This document shows, one piece after another, positions 1 through 9,669 of a DNA stretch of 64,000 bases; within the stretch, counting starts at the first letter, position 1; every line of letters starts with the position of its first letter. Below the pieces are notes generated by a model. It saw only the letters and a list, made by a program, of their open reading frames with translations. It was not told where the DNA came from and did no database searches. Source of the DNA: an uncultured delta proteobacterium (lineage in GTDB: Bacteria > Desulfobacterota > Desulfobacteria > Desulfobacterales > QNYZ01); assembly GCA_963845145.1 (NCBI GenBank), contig CAWJQU010000005.1, positions 96,001 to 160,000 of the forward strand. Reading direction: 5' to 3'. Position numbers and translations under genes: made by a program.

Positions 1-89
1 TCCATACTCCGGGCCAGGGCCAAAGGGTTCGATGTAATCAAGCCAAATAAAACGACACCGATCACAAATGATTTTATGCTACTCCTCAA
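1..89 (-). CDS. Partial exported protein (N-terminus only, runs off the window)
   Basis: TTG start at 89 preceded by GGAGG; reads MRSSIKSFVIGVVLFGLITSNPLALARSM, a signal-peptide-like sequence ending in ALA. Confidence 0.55.
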   Translation of the reverse strand, partial: MRSSIKSFVIGVVLFGLITSNPLALARSM

Positions 90-120
90 CAGAGTACCTC
101 CCTCTTAAGGATTATCCGTT

Positions 121-501
121 TCATGGCCGGGAATCCTGAACAAATCCCGTGAGAACGTTCATTAATTTTTCAAATTGCGTCGATTTTTCAAAAAACAGAT
201 CAGCGCCCAGCGCCATGCATCTTTTGCGGTATTGATCTAAGGGGTAGTTCGTGTACATGATCACCAGAACGGACGGATAATGTTTCTTGATTTCTTTCAA
301 AAGCCCGATGCCGTTGCCGCCGGGCATTCGTATATCCAGGATGACTGCCTCAGCCTTCGTTATTGGTATCTGCTGAATGGCAAGTCTAGGGTTATCGGCC
401 TGTCCCACGACCTTGATTCTAGGGTGTTCAGCCATCATCTCAATCAAACGATCACGTAATGGCTTTGAATCATCCACTATGAATACTCTCATGAAGTCCA
501 T
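121..501 (-). CDS. Stand-alone response regulator receiver protein
   Basis: FIVDD, ILDIRMPGGNG (phospho-Asp), YT and FFEK motifs; no output domain. Confidence 0.9.
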   Translation of the reverse strand: MDFMRVFIVDDSKPLRDRLIEMMAEHPRIKVVGQADNPRLAIQQIPITKAEAVILDIRMPGGNGIGLLKEIKKHYPSVLVIMYTNYPLDQYRKRCMALGADLFFEKSTQFEKLMNVLTGFVQDSRP

Positions 502-574
502 CCATATATATGGTTTCGTTGTCTATCTCTATTGGAAATCGGGTAGCACATGGGTTATGTTCGGTTGTCTATTC

Positions 575-1009
575 CTATCCGTCAGCGTCTACTTTGCACT
601 CTGCATTGGTATTCCCAATCTTCCTCAAGTAGTCTCCGAATTCGAGGTCCTTCAATGTTGTATGATTTATCAGCCAATCGGTTAAGAAAGGAACAATTGT
701 TTCCGTCCCGCTATTAAGAAAATCAAACCTGACTTTAACATTATTCAGTTGCTGGATAAGCTCCAGATGGCTCACTTTATGTAGATACAGACCATCATAC
801 TGGGTAATAAGCATTCTATTTTCTTCACTGGCAAAATGGAAAACGGCGTATTTTGCCAGTTCATCCATCAGGTTTGATATATGGATTTTTTCGCACCTTT
901 GGTTTATCAGGGTATCGAGTCTCTCAATCAATAGGAAAAAAAACCGATGCTGAAGATCAATTTCGGGAATCCCCACCGAATACTTTTGTTCCCATTTAAT
1001 GAAAACCAT
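575..1009 (-). CDS. Bacteriohemerythrin (single domain)
   Basis: W..KYSVGIPEIDLQH, HFASEE, HKVSH and WLINHTTLKD supply the full di-iron ligand set. Confidence 0.92.
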   Translation of the reverse strand: MVFIKWEQKYSVGIPEIDLQHRFFFLLIERLDTLINQRCEKIHISNLMDELAKYAVFHFASEENRMLITQYDGLYLHKVSHLELIQQLNNVKVRFDFLNSGTETIVPFLTDWLINHTTLKDLEFGDYLRKIGNTNAECKVDADG

Positions 1010-1172
1010 TTCCAGCCCTCACGATTGTCGATTATGATCAGAATAGCGGATTCTCGCGCTTCCTATAACTCGGAATCTAATGGTTGCGAGTAAAGATTGT
1101 GCGCCGTCAGGGTTAACCCTCTTTCAGATTTGAGGATTAGTCCTGACTATACGCTGAGGAACAATCTAGTTG

Positions 1173-1237
1173 TATCGGGCTTTATCTGATTTCTGTGTAG
1201 GACACGGGTAAACGGTATTGTCGGTTTTTTACCTACA
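1173..1237. promoter_or_regulatory. Candidate array of NarL/LuxR-type operator sites with 23-bp period
   Basis: TATCGG-N7-CTGATT at 1173, TGTAGG half-site at 1196 and TGTCGG-N7-CCTACA at 1219, upstream of the hemerythrin gene. Confidence 0.4.
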
Positions 1238-1295
1238 TATTAGGGTGTGAGAATGGGGGTGGTGGGATGGCCTGCCAAAAGATAATGCTGCCGTT

Positions 1296-1928
1296 TCATT
1301 TTATATGGCCATTTTTGATGGCATAGTAGGTTATTTCAGCATTATTTTTCATTTTCATTTTTGCAAGTATTCGTGACCGATAGGTACTGACGGTCTTGAC
1401 GCTTAAAAACAGATCTGCAGCAATCTCTTTGATGGTTATTCCTTTAGAAATCATGCGCATCACCTGATATTCTCTGTCGGACAGGGTTTCATGGGGGGCT
1501 TTTTCTGATCCGGCTTCAAGGTCAACAGCCAATATCTCAGCAAGTGCCATACTAATATACTTTCTGCCGGAGCTGACTCTTTGAATCGCGCCGATCAATT
1601 CTTCCGGCGCACTTTCTTTAGTTAGGTACCCCGCAGCACCGGCCTTAATTACCCTCAGCGCATATTGCTGTTCGGAATGCATACTTAACACCAGAATAGG
1701 CAGTTTCGGTTCTTCAACTTTTAACTGCTTGAGAGTTTCGATCCCGTCTCTGCCAGGCATGGTTATATCCAGCACGAGCACGTCAAAATCACCGGACCGA
1801 ATTTTGTTCAAAACCTCCCGGCCGTTACTCGCCTCGGCGGTGACAATCATACGGGAATTTTCAGAAATGATTTGCTTGAGCCCTTCCCGAACAATGGCAT
1901 GATCGTCGGCAATGATAATTTTTATCAT
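1296..1928 (-). CDS. NarL/UvrY-family DNA-binding response regulator
   Basis: REC domain (IADDHAIVREG, LDITMPG) plus LuxR HTH (LSDREYQV...LSVKTVSTYRSRILAKM). Confidence 0.95.
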   Translation of the reverse strand: MIKIIIADDHAIVREGLKQIISENSRMIVTAEASNGREVLNKIRSGDFDVLVLDITMPGRDGIETLKQLKVEEPKLPILVLSMHSEQQYALRVIKAGAAGYLTKESAPEELIGAIQRVSSGRKYISMALAEILAVDLEAGSEKAPHETLSDREYQVMRMISKGITIKEIAADLFLSVKTVSTYRSRILAKMKMKNNAEITYYAIKNGHIK

Positions 1929-1937
1929 TGGGATGCT

Positions 1938-1970
1938 CCCGTTAAGACCCCGTTAAGACCCCGTTAAGAC
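1938..1970. repeat. Perfect 3 x 11-bp tandem repeat CCCGTTAAGAC
   Basis: Units at 1938, 1949 and 1960, immediately upstream of the regulator's translation start region. Confidence 0.9.
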
Positions 1971-1998
1971 AAGGGTTAGAAAATGACAGCCTGTCCGG

Positions 1999-3141
1999 TT
2001 ACAACTTTTCAAGTGGGACGCTAACACTAATTGTGGTTCCTGCGCCAGGTACGCCTGTAATCTCCGTCTTACCGCCAAAGGTATGAATCCGCTCCCGGAT
2101 ACCCAAAAGCCCGAGAGACCCGCCACGTGTTATTTGCTTTTGATTAATTCCGATACCATTGTCTTTTACGGTTAACTCGACCCGGCTTTTTACTTTTTTC
2201 AGATCTATCTCGACCCTGGTGGCATTGGCATGCTTTAAAACGTTGGTCAATGTTTCCTGAAAAATCCTGAAAAGGGCCGTGGAGCGCTTTTCATCCAAAA
2301 TAATATCTTCCGGATCCGAGGTGACCTTAGCCTTAATTCCTGTTCGATTTTTAAACTCGCCCGCCTGCCATTCGATCGCAGCAGCAAGGCCGAAATCGTC
2401 CAGGATGCCCGGTCTCAAATCCGCACAGATCATTTTTACCGACTGCAATGTATTGAGGGTTGATGCCGACATGGATTCGATTTTATCTAATACCATTTGC
2501 TGCTTTCCACTCAATTTCCTTGCTAACCAGGCCAGATCCATTCTAAAAATGGTTAAGGCCTGACCGAGGTCATCATGAATCTCACGGGCCATACGCGCCC
2601 GCTCTTCTTCGATGAAAGAATGAAGATGGGTGGACAGTCGACGTAATTGTTTGTGCGATTGTATTAATTCGTCCTCCACGCGATGCCGCTCAGAAATTTC
2701 TCTGGCCAATAATACGTTGCTGCCTTCAGTCTCTTTTTTCAAAAAATTGAAAGACAGGTGCATTTTAACCCGGGCGACAACCTCTTCTGCCTGGTAAGGT
2801 TTGGTGATGTAATCCACAGCGCCTGCGGAAAACGCTCTCACTTTGTCTTCCACGTTTTCCGAAGCACTGACAAAAACGACCGGAACGGCCAGTGGTGATC
2901 GTTCCGTTTTCAGATGACGGCATACTTCGAATCCATTTATTTTGGGCATTTTGATGTCCAGAATAAGTAAATCGGGCGGTTCAGCTCGAATGCCCGCCAA
3001 GGCGGCCTCCCCATCAATGGCGGGACGGACGTTGTACCCTTCTCTACTCAGGATCTCAACAATCAGCCGCAAGTCATCCAGCGAGTCGTCAGCGACCAGA
3101 ATATCGGCTACGGTTTTTTCGCCCATTTTTATTGGATCCAT
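1999..3141 (-). CDS. Cytoplasmic hybrid sensor kinase (REC + HisKA_3 + HATPase)
   Basis: N-terminal receiver; EEERARMAREIHDDLGQ H-box; QETLTNVLKHA, DNGIG and GLLGIRER boxes; no transmembrane segments. Confidence 0.93.
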   Translation of the reverse strand: MDPIKMGEKTVADILVADDSLDDLRLIVEILSREGYNVRPAIDGEAALAGIRAEPPDLLILDIKMPKINGFEVCRHLKTERSPLAVPVVFVSASENVEDKVRAFSAGAVDYITKPYQAEEVVARVKMHLSFNFLKKETEGSNVLLAREISERHRVEDELIQSHKQLRRLSTHLHSFIEEERARMAREIHDDLGQALTIFRMDLAWLARKLSGKQQMVLDKIESMSASTLNTLQSVKMICADLRPGILDDFGLAAAIEWQAGEFKNRTGIKAKVTSDPEDIILDEKRSTALFRIFQETLTNVLKHANATRVEIDLKKVKSRVELTVKDNGIGINQKQITRGGSLGLLGIRERIHTFGGKTEITGVPGAGTTISVSVPLEKL

Positions 3142-3411
3142 TTCCCCCCTATCAAGGTATTATCGACCTATTCCTGAATTACTTTAACCGCATCGGTTTA
3201 AAACCGGACAGGTGTCAATTTTCGATTAGGGGATTGTGAATAAATTAGCTGCCAAATGAAAGGGCAATGAGGATATACACATGTTTAAAGATGTAAGGCG
3301 ATTGGAAAAAAATGGGACTCGACAGTCACAGCAATGCGCCTCAAGCGGCATCACCCTCAGCATCATTAGAATACTTGATGCGCATCGTACCGTCAAGTTA
3401 CTTATTCATCA

Positions 3412-3999
3412 CTATATTTTGTAAATCACCCGCTTTTCGGAAATGATGATATCCACATAACGGTCATGGGATTCCATGGGCACCATGGGAATGATCTGGT
3501 CTTCCAGAGAAAGGGCCACTTTGCGCGTCGTAACGGCAAGCTCAGGGATCAATCGATCGTAATACCCTTCGCCGGAACCGATTCGCCCCCCCTTTTCATC
3601 GTAGGCAATTCCCGGAATAATTGCGATATCAATGCATTCGATGGGGACTTCATTGCATTTTTTGGGGTCGGGCTCCAGGATGCCGCGTGGGCCCTTTTTA
3701 AGATCTTTTTTCGGGTCATCCACTTTTAGCATACGCATGGTGCGGCTTGCTTGATCGAACACGGGAAGCACCACGATCTTGCTGTAATCGTAAGCCCTGT
3801 CGACAATACCCCGGCCATGAACTTCACCGGATTTCTCGATATAGAGCAATGCAATTCGTGATTCCAAAAAATTGGCGAATTCAAACAATTGCGCTTCGAT
3901 TTGTTTGTACTTAAGCGCCAGTTCATCCGCCGGCATTTGTTGCAGCTTTTTGGCGATATTCTCTCGGATATCTTCTTTACTTAACTGACCATCATCCAT
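3412..3999 (-). CDS. 5-formyltetrahydrofolate cyclo-ligase
   Basis: IPGIAYDEKGGRIGSGEGYYDR and MESHDRYVD signatures (YgfA/MTHFS family). Confidence 0.92.
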   Translation of the reverse strand: MDDGQLSKEDIRENIAKKLQQMPADELALKYKQIEAQLFEFANFLESRIALLYIEKSGEVHGRGIVDRAYDYSKIVVLPVFDQASRTMRMLKVDDPKKDLKKGPRGILEPDPKKCNEVPIECIDIAIIPGIAYDEKGGRIGSGEGYYDRLIPELAVTTRKVALSLEDQIIPMVPMESHDRYVDIIISEKRVIYKI

Positions 4000-4234
4000 G
4001 AAACACTCCCGATGCCAATGTGAGAATCAACGATCGACCGCTTATAAACCATTTTGGATACCCATTGACTATTTTCACCTGCCCTGATACGAAAATCGCG
4101 TTCAATAGGCACGGATGGCAATTCTTGTCATCATCATTCATTACAAAAGCCATTTTACGGAATCTTCATGATATATCAGGATAGATTCCGGATCTAATCA
4201 ACAAATAGATCAGCCGGTTAATATAGGTATCCTT

Positions 4235-5509
4235 ATGTTGGAAATCAAGTACCTTCGCAAAAACCTGTCCCTGGTGGAAAAAGCCATGAGCGCCCGCGGC
4301 ACGCAAATTGATTTGCAGGCCCTTCTCGCTGCCGATGAACAACGCCGCAGCGTACTTCAAGAACTTGAAACCCTTCGGCATCGACGCAATACGGTCTCTG
4401 ATGAAATCGCAAAAATGAAAAAGGCCGGAAAAAATGCCGACGAAGAGATGACCGCCATGCGGGAAGTCGCCGCCCAAATCAAAGCCTTGGACCCAAAACG
4501 GGTTCAATACGAATCGGAGATCCAAACCAAATTGATGGGGATTCCCAACATCCCCCATGAAACCGTACCGGTGGGAACCAATGAATCCGACAATGTGACC
4601 GTCAAAGAGGTTGGTTCCCCACCGAGTTTTGATTTTGATCCCAAAGCTCATTGGGATATCGGGAAAAATTTAGGCATATTGGATTTCGAGCGGGCCGCTC
4701 GTATCACAGGTGCCCGTTTTCCGCTGTATTTCGATGCCGGTGCCAGGCTGGAACGTGCCTTAATCAACTTCATGCTCGATAACCATACGAAAAATCATGG
4801 CTACCGGGAGGTTTTACCACCCTTTATCGTTAACCGGGATGCATTGATGCATACCGGACAACTTCCCAAGTTTGCCGAAGATCTGTTTAAGCTCGAAAAC
4901 TGGGATTACTTTCTGGTCCCGACAGCGGAAGTGCCGGTGACCAATATTCACCAGAATGAAACCATTCCCGAGCAAGATTTGCCGATTTTATATACCGCCC
5001 ATACGCCCTGCTTTCGTTCGGAGGCCGGATCTTATGGTAAAGATACACGCGGCCTCATTCGACAGCACCAATTCAATAAAGTTGAATTGGTCCACTTTGC
5101 CCATCCGGAAACGTCATATCAACAACTGGAGATCCTTTTGGGACATGCGGAAACAATCCTAAAACAACTGGAACTCCCCTATCGGGTGATTACGCTTTGC
5201 ACGGGAGATCTTGGTTTTTCGGCTGCCAAAACCTACGATATTGAAGTGTGGATGCCGGCCCAAAACACCTATCGGGAAATATCGTCTTGCAGTAATTTCG
5301 AAGACTTTCAAGCCCGGCGGGGCAATATTCGTTTTAAACGTAAAGGCCAGAAAGGGACGGAGCTGCTCCATACCCTGAACGGCTCCGGTCTGGCCGTAGG
5401 GCGTACGGTAGCTGCCATCCTCGAGAATTATCAACAATCGGACGGCTCGGTCCTGTTGCCCAAAGCGATTCAGCCCTATATGGACGGTATGGAAAGGATT
5501 ACCGGATGA
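4235..5509 (+). CDS. serS: Serine--tRNA ligase
   Basis: N-terminal coiled coil, [34 protein letters not shown] and [13 protein letters not shown]. Confidence 0.98.
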   Translation: MLEIKYLRKNLSLVEKAMSARGTQIDLQALLAADEQRRSVLQELETLRHRRNTVSDEIAKMKKAGKNADEEMTAMREVAAQIKALDPKRVQYESEIQTKLMGIPNIPHETVPVGTNESDNVTVKEVGSPPSFDFDPKAHWDIGKNLGILDFERAARITGARFPLYFDAGARLERALINFMLDNHTKNHGYREVLPPFIVNRDALMHTGQLPKFAEDLFKLENWDYFLVPTAEVPVTNIHQNETIPEQDLPILYTAHTPCFRSEAGSYGKDTRGLIRQHQFNKVELVHFAHPETSYQQLEILLGHAETILKQLELPYRVITLCTGDLGFSAAKTYDIEVWMPAQNTYREISSCSNFEDFQARRGNIRFKRKGQKGTELLHTLNGSGLAVGRTVAAILENYQQSDGSVLLPKAIQPYMDGMERITG

Positions 5510-7011
5510 AGCCGGAAGACTTTCCTGAGGAGATACGCCCCCATCTGATTCCCCGTCCGGATGGGAAGCTCATGTATCGCTGTTTGGGCTGCCGGGCCGT
5601 TTTCGATATTGCCAAGCTTTTGTATACCTGCCCCGATTGCGATCAGGTTTTACTTATTGAAAATGCGCAGGCCGATCGGCTCAAATCCATTTCCGGCGAA
5701 AAATGGCGGCGCATTTTCGATTATCGTAAGATGCTCACCACGCCGGCATTACAAGGTATCTATCGGTATCATGAGTTTTTGGGCCCGATCATGCCCCTTG
5801 ATGCCGTCGTCTATTTAGGCGAGGGCCACACCCCAATGGTTGCGGCCAACAACCGGCTTCAGGAGCAAGCCGGTGGGCCTTTTTACTTTAAAAATGATGG
5901 ACAGAACCCCAGTGCCTCATTTAAGGATCGGGGGATGGCCAGCGCTTTAAGTTACCTCAACTATTTAATTCAGGAAGAAAAAATCGGCGATATTCTGGCG
6001 GTGTGTGCTTCCACCGGCGACACGTCAGCCGCCGCCGCCCTGTATGCCGCCTATCTTTCCCCCAAAATTAAATCGGCCGTACTGCTCCCCCACAAAAAAG
6101 TAACGCCGCAACAGCTTTCCCAGCCTCTGGGCAGCGGGGCGGTTGTCTTTGAAATACCCGGTGTTTTCGACGATTGTATGAAAATCGTCGAAAACCTGTC
6201 AAAGCGATTCGCGGTCGCCTTATTAAATTCCAAAAACGCCTGGAGAATTCTGGGACAGGAGTCCTATGCCTATGAAATTTCCCAAGATTTTGAGTATGAT
6301 CTGAAAAACAAGGTTGTAATCGTTCCCATCGGCAATGCCGGTAATATTACAGCGATTTTGCAGGGGTTTATCAAATTTTATGAAGCGGGCATTATTGATA
6401 CCCTGCCTAAAATCATCGGCGTACAATCGGCCCACGCGGACCCGGTGTACCGCTATTACCAAGAAACCGATGTAACCAAACGGCGATTCCAACCCATTAC
6501 GGTTCAACCCAGCGTGGCCCAGGCGGCCATGATCGGTAATCCGGTCTCCATGCCCCGGGTTATTCATCTGGTGGACCAATATAATGCCCTTTGGGGCGAT
6601 CAACGGGTATATTTTGTTCAAGTCAACGAACAGGAGATCATGGATTGGCAACTAACGGCCAGCCGCAACGGCCATATCGCCTGCACCCATGGCGGCGAAT
6701 GCCTGGCGGGTTTGGTAAAAGCACGGCGGCTGAAATACCTGCTTGAGGATGAAGTCGCCATACTCGATGCCACCGCCCATGCCATCAAATTTTCCGGCTT
6801 TCAAAACATGTACTTTGAGCAAGCTTTTCCCTCGGCGTTTGAGATCAAGCCGAAAACGGAGATGATCAACAAGCCGATTTTGATAAAACCCGACGGCCCA
6901 ACGCCTACACCTGAAAACCCGCTTTTCGGGGCAGCTTTGGCACAATTCGTAGAAGGCGTCAGTGATTCCATTGCCACCACCCTGGGGCTAAAAAAAGAGC
7001 CGCCCTTATGA
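5506..7011 (+). CDS. thrC: Threonine synthase with N-terminal Zn-ribbon
   Basis: [17 protein letters not shown] (PLP lysine), ASTGDTSAA and PIGNAGN; N-terminal CLGC...CPDC; 4-bp overlap with serS. Confidence 0.9.
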   Translation: MKPEDFPEEIRPHLIPRPDGKLMYRCLGCRAVFDIAKLLYTCPDCDQVLLIENAQADRLKSISGEKWRRIFDYRKMLTTPALQGIYRYHEFLGPIMPLDAVVYLGEGHTPMVAANNRLQEQAGGPFYFKNDGQNPSASFKDRGMASALSYLNYLIQEEKIGDILAVCASTGDTSAAAALYAAYLSPKIKSAVLLPHKKVTPQQLSQPLGSGAVVFEIPGVFDDCMKIVENLSKRFAVALLNSKNAWRILGQESYAYEISQDFEYDLKNKVVIVPIGNAGNITAILQGFIKFYEAGIIDTLPKIIGVQSAHADPVYRYYQETDVTKRRFQPITVQPSVAQAAMIGNPVSMPRVIHLVDQYNALWGDQRVYFVQVNEQEIMDWQLTASRNGHIACTHGGECLAGLVKARRLKYLLEDEVAILDATAHAIKFSGFQNMYFEQAFPSAFEIKPKTEMINKPILIKPDGPTPTPENPLFGAALAQFVEGVSDSIATTLGLKKEPPL

Positions 7012-8756
7012 AGCATCGGATCCCCATTGCCCTTATATTTTGCGGCATGCTCTGTTTATTAATAGGCGCAGCCGTATTGCCCATCGCTGAGGCTGCGCTT
7101 TGGACTAAGCGGTATGTGGTTAAGCAAGATCAGGGAAAAAATATCCTCTGTGACCCCTATATCGTCCAACAAGGTGAATGGATTTATAAAATCTTTCGCC
7201 AAAAGGGTGAAATATCCGAGCGAGACTATCCAGCATTTTTAGACATTTTAAAAAGCATAAACCCACAAATCGGAGATATTGACCAGATCTATCCGGGTAA
7301 TCTGGTTCTCATTCCGTTGAAAATCCTAACCCCGGATATGCTCCCGTTGTATTCATCCGAATCAGTGGCCATTCCTTTTGCATCTATCTCAGACAGTCCT
7401 CTTAAAACCGTCGAGGTTCGCAAAGGAGACACGGTGTCCAAATTGCTTCTTGAATTCTACGGGGGGCACACCAAAGAATATCGGAAAGCCCTTAAACGAT
7501 TTAAGGATCTCAATCCCCATATTAGCGATCCCAACCGCGTCATAGTTGGCCAAAAGATACGGTTGCCGGCCCATAAAGCACTCATAGCTGACGATACAAG
7601 TACAATTTCAAAAATAGACACAGACCGTATCGCCACAGATGTACCCCCAATGGACCCATCAACGAAAGAGGGCCTCTCCGATCCGACAACCGAGGAGACC
7701 TCTGTGCCCCTGATCGCCGACATCTTGAAACAGATCGCCTTACTTTTAGACGCCGAATTATTTGATCGGGGCAGCTATCATTTCCCCGTAAAGGGGAAGG
7801 AGGATCTGCGTCTCAATTTAGGCTTATTCCCGGTGATACGGTTAAAAAACAATACCCGGATTGTTTTTCTTCGGCCGTTTTCAAAATCACTATCGGACAT
7901 ATCGGTCATTAAATCTCAATGGAAACCCGTTTTCTTCGTACGCATACCGGCATCGCCGGTGTCTATTTATCATATGCTCGATAAAGTATTTGCGGTTGTC
8001 AACCTCGACCACCCAAGAAAAAAAATCACGTTCAAAGATGGTGGTGTAACAACGGATATCAATGCCAAATGGATCCTGAAAATGGAGAATGCTCCCGGTC
8101 TGCCCGATCGTCACATCTGTTTGGCGCCGATAGACCAAAAATCAGGTCCATTTCCGGAAACCATCTTCCGATACCTTGCCAAGCGCCACATCACCTATTG
8201 GGGGGTCAAACCCGATGGTCAAATCGCCGGTACAAGCAGCCGACCGTATTTAAACACCGGCATTGTAAAGCAACCCATTCCCATCGAAAATCACAAACAT
8301 CTAATTCGTAAAGTGGTTCACGCTCTGGGATGGACCTTCCAGGAAAATGTAAAGGTTCGTTTTCCCTATGCCGGCCTTCAGGTAGATGCTGTTTCCAACA
8401 TGCTTACCATCGACACCGACCGTACCTGTCTGGTGGATTTCGGTAACTTTGCCGGTGAAAGTATTGCCGCCATTGAGGCCACGGGCCTGAAAGTTATCTC
8501 GCTGAGAGGGCAGTATGACGCCTTGAGGCACATACGCCAAATTTTGAAAAAATTTTCACTGGGATACACGGAAAGCCCGACTATTTTTGTTGAAAATAAT
8601 CGAGACGGCCAGGGTGTCTCCTTCACGTATCCGGGTTTGATGGTACCGCAAACCGACGGCCAGGCCCTGATTACTTCGGCAGTATTTATCGAAGAGATGA
8701 AGATTTTTTTGGAAAGCAGAGGGACCCAGATCGTACAAATCGCACCGAGACATTAA
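7008..8756 (+). CDS. Exported LysM-domain protein
   Basis: Signal peptide; two LysM-like repeats (YIVQQGE...INPQIGDIDQIYPG; VRKGDTVS...LNPHISDPNRVIVGQKIRLP); unrecognised C-terminal region. Confidence 0.8.
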   Translation: MKHRIPIALIFCGMLCLLIGAAVLPIAEAALWTKRYVVKQDQGKNILCDPYIVQQGEWIYKIFRQKGEISERDYPAFLDILKSINPQIGDIDQIYPGNLVLIPLKILTPDMLPLYSSESVAIPFASISDSPLKTVEVRKGDTVSKLLLEFYGGHTKEYRKALKRFKDLNPHISDPNRVIVGQKIRLPAHKALIADDTSTISKIDTDRIATDVPPMDPSTKEGLSDPTTEETSVPLIADILKQIALLLDAELFDRGSYHFPVKGKEDLRLNLGLFPVIRLKNNTRIVFLRPFSKSLSDISVIKSQWKPVFFVRIPASPVSIYHMLDKVFAVVNLDHPRKKITFKDGGVTTDINAKWILKMENAPGLPDRHICLAPIDQKSGPFPETIFRYLAKRHITYWGVKPDGQIAGTSSRPYLNTGIVKQPIPIENHKHLIRKVVHALGWTFQENVKVRFPYAGLQVDAVSNMLTIDTDRTCLVDFGNFAGESIAAIEATGLKVISLRGQYDALRHIRQILKKFSLGYTESPTIFVENNRDGQGVSFTYPGLMVPQTDGQALITSAVFIEEMKIFLESRGTQIVQIAPRH

Positions 8757-8820
8757 TGTGGGGTAGCTGTCGGCCGTCTTTGGATCAATCGTTGCATCAA
8801 ATTAATTAGAGGAGAGAATA

Positions 8821-9609
8821 ATGCAAGGCCGCGCAAATCAATGGATTATCGTTAGCATAATTATGCTTAGCTTCTTAACCGGTTGTGCCGGTGATCTTAA
8901 ATTTAAAAAAAAACAAAGTGAAGTCACCCGCAATATCGGCGAAGCGTATCTCGCTCAAGGTAACTATACTTCCGCTTTAAGGGAGTTGTTAAACGCGGAA
9001 AAAATCTATGCGAATGACCCGCTTCTGCAAAATTATTTAGGTCTAGCCTTTCAAGCTAAGGAACTTTATCAGGAGGCCGTCGCCCACTATAAAAAAGCCA
9101 TGGAGATCCAGCCGGACTACGCACCGGCCTACAATAACCTGGGTGCCACCTATTTGGAAATGAAACAGTGGGATGAAGCTATCGAAGTATTTAAGGAATT
9201 ATCCAACAATATTCTTTACTCAACCCCTCAATATGCCCACCTCAACCTGGGTTGGGCCTACTATAACAAGGGTGACTATTCTGCCTCCGAAGTTTACTAT
9301 AATAAAGCGGTTAAGCATTATCAGGACGGATTTGCCAGGGATCTGGTTTATGTCAAAGCGCTTCGCGGTTTAGGAAAAACATATTTGGCCATGGGAAATA
9401 CCAAAAAAGCCGAAGAGACCTTTGAGGAAGCCTGGGAACTCGCACCGGAATTCCCACCGCTGATCATGGATATTGCCGACATACGTCGGACTTTGGGTAA
9501 AAAGGAACAGGCCATTGCCGCTTACCGCAAGGTGATCGAAGTCGTACCGGGTAGCGATCTGGCTAAGAAGGCGAAGCAAGCGCTATCGATTTTATCGCCA
9601 TCGGAATAG
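8821..9609 (+). CDS. TPR lipoprotein, PilF/PilW/Tgl pilotin-like
   Basis: Lipobox LTGC; TPR repeats (AYNNLGATY, YSTPQYAHLNLGWAY) typical of the PilF family. Confidence 0.8.
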   Translation: MQGRANQWIIVSIIMLSFLTGCAGDLKFKKKQSEVTRNIGEAYLAQGNYTSALRELLNAEKIYANDPLLQNYLGLAFQAKELYQEAVAHYKKAMEIQPDYAPAYNNLGATYLEMKQWDEAIEVFKELSNNILYSTPQYAHLNLGWAYYNKGDYSASEVYYNKAVKHYQDGFARDLVYVKALRGLGKTYLAMGNTKKAEETFEEAWELAPEFPPLIMDIADIRRTLGKKEQAIAAYRKVIEVVPGSDLAKKAKQALSILSPSE

Positions 9610-9669
9610 ATACTGCGCACCAACCGACCTGACTTTCATCATTACGCCGAAAAATAAGGTCGCATTCGG

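Noticed and set aside
4000..4234. 6S RNA upstream of the 5-formyl-THF cyclo-ligase gene
   Set aside because: This is a common location for 6S RNA, but I could not see the long self-complementary rod; an Rfam search would decide.
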